This document shows positions 57,989-64,000 of a DNA stretch of 64,000 bases, one piece after another. Origin of the DNA: an uncultured Rickettsiales bacterium (GTDB lineage: Bacteria; Margulisbacteria; Marinamargulisbacteria; GCA-2716485; CAZIFG01); contig CAZIFG010000004.1 in NCBI GenBank assembly GCA_964539135.1, positions 43,250 to 107,249 on the forward strand, in the 5' to 3' direction. The stretch's first letter is position 1; every line of letters begins with the position of its first letter. A program made the translations under genes and the position numbers. Below the pieces are notes generated by a model, which made no database searches, had not been told where the DNA came from, and was given only the letters and a program-made list of their open reading frames with translations.

Positions 57989-58552
57989 TTAATTATAAAA
58001 AAGGCTTTGAGGAATTCTAACTTTAACATAAACGTCATAGTTATTGTAGGCCTCGAAATGAGGGGTAATTTGAATGCCCAATTGAACATTATAGTCTTTT
58101 AAAAGGCCTAAGAAACCCAATCCTGATACATGATCGGACTCAAAGGATTTTTCAAGCTGTTCAAAAAACAACGTTTCAATATCGCTTCTTTCTTTAAGAA
58201 CCTGAACAAATTGAGACAGATTGAATGCATTTTTTTCTTGGGTAGTATTAACCGTTTCAATTAAGATATCGCCATGATCGAGAACAATAGAAAGGGTGAC
58301 GAGTCGATTTTGATCAATAGAATATTTGATGGCATTTTCTAAAAGCTCATTGGCAATGGTGGATAAAATATTTCGGGCCTGATCATTTTGGGCATAAGGG
58401 TGGCTGTCGTCCTGAGATAAGAAATCAGACAGCGTACTGCATTGAGACCAATCTTTCATCAGCTCTAAGGGGAGTATAAAATTTTTACTGACGCTATTTT
58501 CAGCAAGAATCTCATTTTTTTCATATAAACCGTAACGCGTTTCAGTCGGCAT
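57989..58552 (-). CDS. Small orphan protein with a GHKL (HATPase_c) N-box-like motif, possibly an anti-sigma/SpoIIAB-like regulator
   Basis: ANELLENAIKYS resembles the N-box ExxxNAxKY/H. A glycine-rich segment SGLGFLGL follows. No clear DxGxG motif. Confidence 0.4.
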   Translation of the reverse strand: MPTETRYGLYEKNEILAENSVSKNFILPLELMKDWSQCSTLSDFLSQDDSHPYAQNDQARNILSTIANELLENAIKYSIDQNRLVTLSIVLDHGDILIETVNTTQEKNAFNLSQFVQVLKERSDIETLFFEQLEKSFESDHVSGLGFLGLLKDYNVQLGIQITPHFEAYNNYDVYVKVRIPQSLFYN

Positions 58553-58626
58553 AAAAACCTCCGCAAAGTATTAATAAGGAGAGTACCCACAAAAGAAATG
58601 GATTAAACCTGGGATTCAGGCCCTCT

Positions 58627-58760
58627 GGGACTGTTGCGAAAGTCCTATGTTTGGATCAGCTGCAAGGCATTCCGAGTTCAAAAGGCCTTATATATCATAA
58701 ATAAGGTAAGGACGAGGATAACACAGCAGATGGCCAAAATAGGCGTTTCACAACAGTCCC
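58627..58760 (+). mobile_element. MITE-like palindromic element, copy 5 (134 bp)
   Basis: Full-length alignment to the other copies, with a 6-7 nt internal deletion. The flanking 5-mers are CCTCT and CCTTT. Its right end contains the last codons and the stop of rarA. Confidence 0.8.
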
Positions 58761-60031
58761 CCTTTATTTTTGAGAGATCTGTAATAGTCCAAGCGCTTTA
58801 AAATACTGGCTTCGTAGCCACGATTAGAGGGGGTATAAAAAGAAGGGCATCCAGGCGCATACACTTGGTCACAAATGGCATGCTCATAATCATGAGGATA
58901 GAGGTAAGGGGCAGACGAAAGTGCTTCTGCAGATAACGGTCTATGGGAATCTCGAAGATACTCGGGCATAGAATAAGGTGTGGTTTTAACATACTGAAGT
59001 GCCTGATTAATGGCCACATAGGCGGCATTGCTTTTGGGCGCCGCAGCAAAATAAGTGGTGACCTGGCTAAGCGGGATGCGAATTTCAGGCATGCCTACAA
59101 AGCGGGCGGTTTCAAGAAGTGCGCTGGCAAGCACTAAGGCATGAGGATCAGCATTGCCAATATCTTCGGAAGCAAAAATAAGAAGGCGCCGGACAATAAA
59201 AAGGGGATCTTCACCCTGATGCAGCAATTGCGCTAAAAAATAAAGCGCAGCATCGGGATCCGAACCCCGCATGCTTTTAATATAAGCCGAAATTAAATCA
59301 TAATGGTCATCATCGCGAAGGCCTTGACCTGTTTGTAAGGGGAGTGTATTGAGATAGTCCACAGATAAAGTGGTGTCTGTGCTCGAAAGATGGGCCAGTT
59401 CGATGATGTTAAGTAGAGACCGCGCATCACCCTGCGCATGAGAAACACACCAGTCTATAGCCTCTTGTGAAAGCGTGAGTCCCAAGTTTTGGGTTGCTTT
59501 TTGAGTGAGGGTTTCCAGATCTTCTTTTTGAAGCGGATGAAGTTCAAAAATATGGCAGCGCGAAATGAGACCTGAAATCACAGAAAAAAAAGGATTTTCA
59601 GTCGTGGCCCCAATAAGAGTTAAGAGACCAGATTCGACGCTGGGCAACAGAACGTCTTGTTGTGTTTTGGTGAAGCGGTGAATTTCATCAATAAAAAGAA
59701 GGGAGCTTTGCCCCAGGCTGGCATGATGTGTGGCTTCAATCTGTATTTTTTTTAAATCCGATATACTACCCGTGACGGCATTTAGGGCCACAAAATGGGA
59801 CTGTGTGCTGATAGAGAGCAATCGGGCAAGAGACGTTTTACCGCATCCAGGGCGTCCCCAAAGAATCATAGATAAAAGCTGTTTGCGTTCTATCATACGG
59901 CGAATCGGGCCCTTAGGGCCTAAAAGATGCTGCTGACCGACGTAATCCTCCAGTTTAGAAGGACTGAGCCTATACGCAAGTGGCGATGGCTTTTGAGTCT
60001 GAAACAAAGAGGGCGTATCGTGAAAAGACAC
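58748..60031 (-). CDS. rarA: Replication-associated recombination protein A (RarA/MgsA)
   Basis: AAA+ Walker A GRPGCGKTS, Walker B LFIDEIHRF, and a MgsA C-terminal domain. Confidence 0.9.
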   Translation of the reverse strand: MSFHDTPSLFQTQKPSPLAYRLSPSKLEDYVGQQHLLGPKGPIRRMIERKQLLSMILWGRPGCGKTSLARLLSISTQSHFVALNAVTGSISDLKKIQIEATHHASLGQSSLLFIDEIHRFTKTQQDVLLPSVESGLLTLIGATTENPFFSVISGLISRCHIFELHPLQKEDLETLTQKATQNLGLTLSQEAIDWCVSHAQGDARSLLNIIELAHLSSTDTTLSVDYLNTLPLQTGQGLRDDDHYDLISAYIKSMRGSDPDAALYFLAQLLHQGEDPLFIVRRLLIFASEDIGNADPHALVLASALLETARFVGMPEIRIPLSQVTTYFAAAPKSNAAYVAINQALQYVKTTPYSMPEYLRDSHRPLSAEALSSAPYLYPHDYEHAICDQVYAPGCPSFYTPSNRGYEASILKRLDYYRSLKNKGGLL

Positions 60032-60040
60032 AAAAAAAGA

Positions 60041-60322
60041 CTAAGATAACAGTTGTAAAAGTAAGTGTTTTATAAACCCTAAGACTAAAAAAGCCAAAAG
60101 AGGCGAAAGATCAATGCCGATCTTAGACACCGGAATAATATTGCGAAAAGGCTCTAAAATGGGGTCTGTAAATCGGTATAAAAGAGAAATGATCTTATGA
60201 GAGGGATCATGAGGGATCCAACTTAATAAAATACGTATCATCAATGAAACGTAAACAATTTCAAAGAAAATATCCACCAATTTGTACAAATATAAATTTA
60301 TCATAGTAGTATCAGTATACAC
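60041..60322 (-). CDS. yggT: YggT family membrane protein
   Basis: 93 aa with two TM helices, R.lLSWiP...P..r...P-type sequence, and a position next to proC. The start may be the internal M at 60304. Confidence 0.65.
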   Translation of the reverse strand: MYTDTTMINLYLYKLVDIFFEIVYVSLMIRILLSWIPHDPSHKIISLLYRFTDPILEPFRNIIPVSKIGIDLSPLLAFLVLGFIKHLLLQLLS

Positions 60323-60325
60323 CTA

Positions 60326-61129
60326 TTAATCAGGATGCGACAATTCTTTAGATCGTAAAATAGCGGCTTGAACCACAGCCTGAATGTGATCACTGAGATG
60401 GCGTTCCTGAAAAACAGCAGCACCAGCCGCGGTTGTGCCATTGGGAGAGGTGATGGCCCGGATAAGATCGGGAATGGCGTGAGGATCTTTTTTGAGGGAT
60501 TGGCCGGCACCTAAAAGCGTTTGAGCCACAAAAAAACGGGCCGTATCAGCAGAAAGACCATGCTGAATGCCAATGGCAATCATGGCATCGGCAATGGCAT
60601 AGAGAAAAGCGGGGCCGCTGCCGCTTAATCCTGTGACAGCGTCCATAACAGAATCGTCAATTTCCATACACTCACCTACGGATAAAAAAAAGTCACGAAC
60701 AAAGGTCAGTTGAGAGGGTGTTACATTTTTTTGAGCCGCAATAGCCGTCATGCCAACCCCATAATGAACAGGGGTATTGGGCATTGCTCGAACGATAGGA
60801 ATGTCTGCCCCTAAAGTCGACGAAAGGACAGAAAGGGGCGTGCCTGCCAAAAGCGAGATAATACAGGCTTTGGATGTGAGATGCGGTTTCAGAGCTTCAG
60901 CAGCAGCATGAAGCTGTTGAGGTTTCACGGCAAGGACAATAAACGCACAGGAAGCGAGATCAACGGGACGACATTCTGTAATCCCATACTGAGATTCAAT
61001 GTCAGGAGAGGGGGATGTTTTTCGAGAAAACAAAACAGTTTCAGGTGAAATAAACGCGCGAGAAAGCGCTCCCTGAAGGAGGGCCTTAGCCATATTTCCA
61101 AAGCCTAGAAAGCCAAGTGTCGGAGCCAT
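60326..61129 (-). CDS. proC: Pyrroline-5-carboxylate reductase
   Basis: LGFLGFGNMAKAL Rossmann motif and SPNGTTAAG near the C-terminus. Confidence 0.9.
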   Translation of the reverse strand: MAPTLGFLGFGNMAKALLQGALSRAFISPETVLFSRKTSPSPDIESQYGITECRPVDLASCAFIVLAVKPQQLHAAAEALKPHLTSKACIISLLAGTPLSVLSSTLGADIPIVRAMPNTPVHYGVGMTAIAAQKNVTPSQLTFVRDFFLSVGECMEIDDSVMDAVTGLSGSGPAFLYAIADAMIAIGIQHGLSADTARFFVAQTLLGAGQSLKKDPHAIPDLIRAITSPNGTTAAGAAVFQERHLSDHIQAVVQAAILRSKELSHPD

Positions 61130-61132
61130 AGA

Positions 61133-61744
61133 CTAATAAATAAGTGGGAGATGCGGATCTCCCACAAAAACAGGGGATAAAATAGGATCTACAGTTGGTA
61201 GAAACGAGAGTTGTGGAAAAGAAAGCCAACGCAAGAGTGGCGAAGAAAGTGGTGAGAGTCGTTTAGATTCGTAGAGGCTAATCTGAGCGTTATACGCCAT
61301 AACAGCCACACTTAAAAAGGTATAGTTCTGATTTAAAACTTTGAGCATAGGCTGAAGTTCTGGCGCGGTTTGGATGCCACTATCTTGATGAATTTGGGCA
61401 TAAAGAGCGGCATAGCGTTCAATAAAATAAGGAAGACGCTTATCATAAGGTCCAGATTTGAATTCAGTGGAGAGGGCATTGATTTGAGAAATGAGGAAGG
61501 GTCTCTGGATAGTGGCCCCTTGAAGAAGGGTTGAAAATTGTTTAAAGGTCCCATAGTGTTGGTAGACCATGTCATCCACCGTTACAAGACTGACTTGAGC
61601 ACCCTCTTGGAGCTGAGAGGCGGTGTTTTTAAGAGACAAAATACTGCAAAAGATAAAAAAAAGCATAAAAAAAACAAGATACCGAACCCACTTAAGGAGT
61701 TTTTGTTTTCGATCTTCAGAAAGGGTATGTAAAAATAAGCCCAT
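61133..61744 (-). CDS. Hypothetical membrane-anchored protein
   Basis: ORF with one N-terminal TM segment. No motif recognised. Confidence 0.4.
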   Translation of the reverse strand: MGLFLHTLSEDRKQKLLKWVRYLVFFMLFFIFCSILSLKNTASQLQEGAQVSLVTVDDMVYQHYGTFKQFSTLLQGATIQRPFLISQINALSTEFKSGPYDKRLPYFIERYAALYAQIHQDSGIQTAPELQPMLKVLNQNYTFLSVAVMAYNAQISLYESKRLSPLSSPLLRWLSFPQLSFLPTVDPILSPVFVGDPHLPLIY

Positions 61745-61796
61745 GATCGTTAATCATACTTGAATTTTGATACTTTGAGTAGACCGATAAAATCAA

Positions 61797-61826
61797 TTGA
61801 AAAAAACATACAGACTATGTCATAAT
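61797..61826 (+). promoter_or_regulatory. Candidate promoter of tRNA-His (TTGAAA-18-CATAAT)
   Basis: -35 at 61797-61802 and -10 at 61821-61826. The tRNA 5' end is 12 nt downstream of the -10. Confidence 0.4.
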
Positions 61827-61838
61827 AGAAGCCCTTCT

Positions 61839-61915
61839 GGTGAACGTAGCTCAGTTGGCAGAGCCCCGGATTGTGGTTCCGGTTGTCGTGGGTTCGAGCC
61901 CCATCGTTCACCCCA
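61839..61915 (+). tRNA. tRNA-His (anticodon GUG) with encoded G-1 and 3' CCA
   Basis: Manual cloverleaf fold. Acceptor stem GTGAACG/CGTTCAC. G-1 (61839) lies opposite discriminator C73. D arm AGCTCAGTTGGCAGAGC. Anticodon stem CCGGA/TCCGG with loop TTGTGGT. T arm GTGGGTTCGAGCCCCAT. CCA is encoded. Confidence 0.9.
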
Positions 61916-61967
61916 ACACATGAAATTTCCATTACACAAAAAAAAGATATAGCCTATACTAGTAGTC

Positions 61968-63209
61968 ATGATGATTCCAATTTTATTACTCTCAAATGCA
62001 GCGCTTTTTCTCATACTGATTGTCTTACAGATAAAAAATTCAGCCCATTCCAAAACGGGGCTTTATGACATGTTAGAAAAAGGACAAGAACGACAGGATA
62101 AACTCATTCGAGATGAAATGGCTCGAATGAAGGCCTATACAGAAACCCAGTTGAAGTCAAATCGAGAAGAGCTATCCAATGGACTGTCGGCATTGTCCTT
62201 GTCTTTAATCAAGCAATTAACGGATGTGTCTGCGCATCAGGCAAGTTATGTTGAAAAGTTAAAAGACGGGGTGGAGAAAAAATTAACACTGATTCAAAAC
62301 GACAACAACACCAAACTAGAATCCATGAGACAGACGGTAGATGAAAAACTGCATGCCACGCTTGAAAAGCGCTTGGGAGATTCCTTTCAATTGGTCAGTA
62401 ATAGATTGGAAGAAGTGCATAAAGGCTTGGGCGAAATGCAGGGCTTGGCCTTAGGCGTTGGTGACTTGAAACGGGTCTTAACCAACGTTAAAACCCGAGG
62501 CGTATGGGGAGAAGTTCAATTGCAAATGCTTTTGGATCAAATCTTAACCTCAGATCAATATGCTAAAAATGTTAAAACAAAGAAAAATGCCTCAGAGTAT
62601 GTTGAATTTGCCTTAAAATTACCCGGTAAAGACAGTGCCAAAACAGATCCGATGTGGTTACCCATTGATTCTAAGTTTCCCCAAGATGCCTATGAAAATC
62701 TGTTAAAAGCCGAGGAATCTGGCAGTAAAGAGCTCATCGAACAAATGGGAAAACAGTTGGAAACCCGATTAAAAGGGGCTGCAAAAGATATTTTTACCAA
62801 ATATGTGAATCCGCCTGACACAACAGATTTTGCCATTCTATTTGTACCTGTAGAGGGGCTATATGCAGAGATATTAAGACGACCCGGTTTACAGGAATTT
62901 TGTCAAACAGAGTATCGGGTACTGGTAGCAGGGCCTACAAATATTGCGGCACTCTTAAACTGTTTACAAATGGGATTCAGAACCTTAGCCATTGAAAAAA
63001 GAACCAGTGAAGTCTGGTCTTTACTCAGTACAGTCAAAGGAGAATTCGGTAAATTTGGGGATCTTTTGGAAAAAACACATGATAAATTGCAAACAGCGTC
63101 AAGAAGTTTAGAAGATGCCACACGAAAATCAAGAACAATAGAGCGAAAATTGGGCCATGTACAAGGCATCGGTGAGCCTGAAACAAGCACTACAGTCTTG
63201 ATAGAGTAA
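61968..63209 (+). CDS. rmuC: DNA recombination protein RmuC
   Basis: N-terminal TM, a long coiled coil, and a C-terminal RmuC nuclease-like domain (FAILFVPVEGLYAE...VLVAGPTN). Confidence 0.85.
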   Translation: MMIPILLLSNAALFLILIVLQIKNSAHSKTGLYDMLEKGQERQDKLIRDEMARMKAYTETQLKSNREELSNGLSALSLSLIKQLTDVSAHQASYVEKLKDGVEKKLTLIQNDNNTKLESMRQTVDEKLHATLEKRLGDSFQLVSNRLEEVHKGLGEMQGLALGVGDLKRVLTNVKTRGVWGEVQLQMLLDQILTSDQYAKNVKTKKNASEYVEFALKLPGKDSAKTDPMWLPIDSKFPQDAYENLLKAEESGSKELIEQMGKQLETRLKGAAKDIFTKYVNPPDTTDFAILFVPVEGLYAEILRRPGLQEFCQTEYRVLVAGPTNIAALLNCLQMGFRTLAIEKRTSEVWSLLSTVKGEFGKFGDLLEKTHDKLQTASRSLEDATRKSRTIERKLGHVQGIGEPETSTTVLIE

Positions 63210-63235
63210 AGGGCTCGAGGTATAGTGAAGTCACG

Positions 63236-64000
63236 ATGAAACCCTTTGGAAACGTATGTACGGCAATGGTGACCCCTTTTAATGCAAATAATGAGATCGA
63301 TCTCAGTGTGGCAACAGCGTTGGTTGGGACCTTAAAAGCAAAGGGAACAGATACCATCGTCCTATCTGGAACAACAGGAGAATCCCCCACATTAACGCAT
63401 TCGGAAGAATTTACGCTGTATCAAAAAATTGTAAAGGATCATAAAGGCACTGTGAATATTATGGCTGGAACGGGATCCAATTCCACACAGACGGCGATTC
63501 AATCCACACAAGAAGCAGAAGCCTGTGGGGTAGATAGTATTTTGCAAGTGGTACCGTATTATAACAAGCCCTCACAAGCGGGCATGATTGCTCATTTTTC
63601 AGCCATTGCCGAGTCCACCTCCTTGCCCATTATGTTGTATAACATTCCTGGAAGAACAGGGGTAAACATGCAGCCTGAAACCGTAAAAACACTCTCTAAA
63701 ATTAAAAATATTGTGGCGATAAAAGAAGCTTCAGGGGATGTGGAGCAGGTGAGAAAAATTCGGGAACTGACAGATCCTGATTTTGCGATTTATTCTGGGG
63801 ACGATGCGCTGACCTTATCGTTTATGGAAGCTGGGGCTGTGGGTGTCGTATCTGTAGCCTCTCATATTGTAGGATCTGAAATTCAAGAGATGATTCGGGC
63901 ATTTGATGCCGGAAAAAAAGAGGATGCCTATGCGATTCATACGCGCCTATTGGAATTATTTTCTGTATTATTTATCACCTCAAATCCAAGTCCTGTGAAG
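63236..64000 (+). CDS. dapA: 4-hydroxy-tetrahydrodipicolinate synthase. Partial: the C-terminus runs off the right window edge.
   Basis: Not in the ORF track because no stop lies in the window. Translation from ATG 63236 gives MKPFGNVCTAMVTPF...LSGTTGESPTL...VVPYYNKP...MLYNIPGRTG, typical of DapA. Confidence 0.9.
   Translation, partial: MKPFGNVCTAMVTPFNANNEIDLSVATALVGTLKAKGTDTIVLSGTTGESPTLTHSEEFTLYQKIVKDHKGTVNIMAGTGSNSTQTAIQSTQEAEACGVDSILQVVPYYNKPSQAGMIAHFSAIAESTSLPIMLYNIPGRTGVNMQPETVKTLSKIKNIVAIKEASGDVEQVRKIRELTDPDFAIYSGDDALTLSFMEAGAVGVVSVASHIVGSEIQEMIRAFDAGKKEDAYAIHTRLLELFSVLFITSNPSPVK

Noticed and set aside
61839-61915. tRNA-His as an integration site for a genomic island
   Set aside because: No direct repeat of the tRNA 3' end was found elsewhere in the window. 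The flanking genes (proC/yggT side, rmuC/dapA side) are ordinary core genes and no integrase is present.

Overview
Gene-dense, mostly housekeeping stretch of a bacterial chromosome. lpxB, an O-antigen-ligase-like protein and rpoN indicate a diderm with sigma-54. I cannot name the taxon from sequence alone. I support about 60 CDS, including two partial genes missed by the ORF track (hisA at the left edge, dapA at the right edge), and one tRNA-His(GUG). Conserved blocks are hisA-hisS; proS and an SLT transglycosylase; rpsA-trpB-trpA-ispD; rpoN-tsaD; topA-panC; mutL; lpxB-pyrC; lipA-plsY-gpsA-sugar transferase-nadD-coaE; pyrG; pyrH-frr-uppS-cdsA-dxr-dprA-pgeF; rseP-ftsE-ftsX-PPIase; rpmF-plsX-fabH-fabD-fabG-acpP-fabF-rnhB-yraN; hflX-TPR-O-antigen-ligase-like; queH; rarA; yggT-proC; rmuC; dapA. 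The main signal not explained by the ORF track is a family of about 135-142 bp terminal-inverted-repeat (MITE-like) elements. There are four full copies and one 990-bp version whose matching ends enclose a J-domain membrane protein gene. They carry 5-bp AT-rich flanking direct repeats, a Tn3-like signature. Every copy sits next to an orphan gene, several of which have eukaryote-like domains (DUF4116-like, MORN-like, J-domain). Other orphan genes are an ankyrin-like 801-aa protein and a SET-domain gene split by a frameshift in an A9 tract. Further observations: a ProRS lacking the INS editing domain with a 4-Cys mini-insertion, apparently leaderless topA and rseP promoters sharing a CATAAT -10 box, and a sigma-54-like motif beside rpoN-tsaD. 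No CRISPR array, rRNA, prophage or recognisable defence system was seen. All functional calls rest on motif recognition in the translations, not on database searches.
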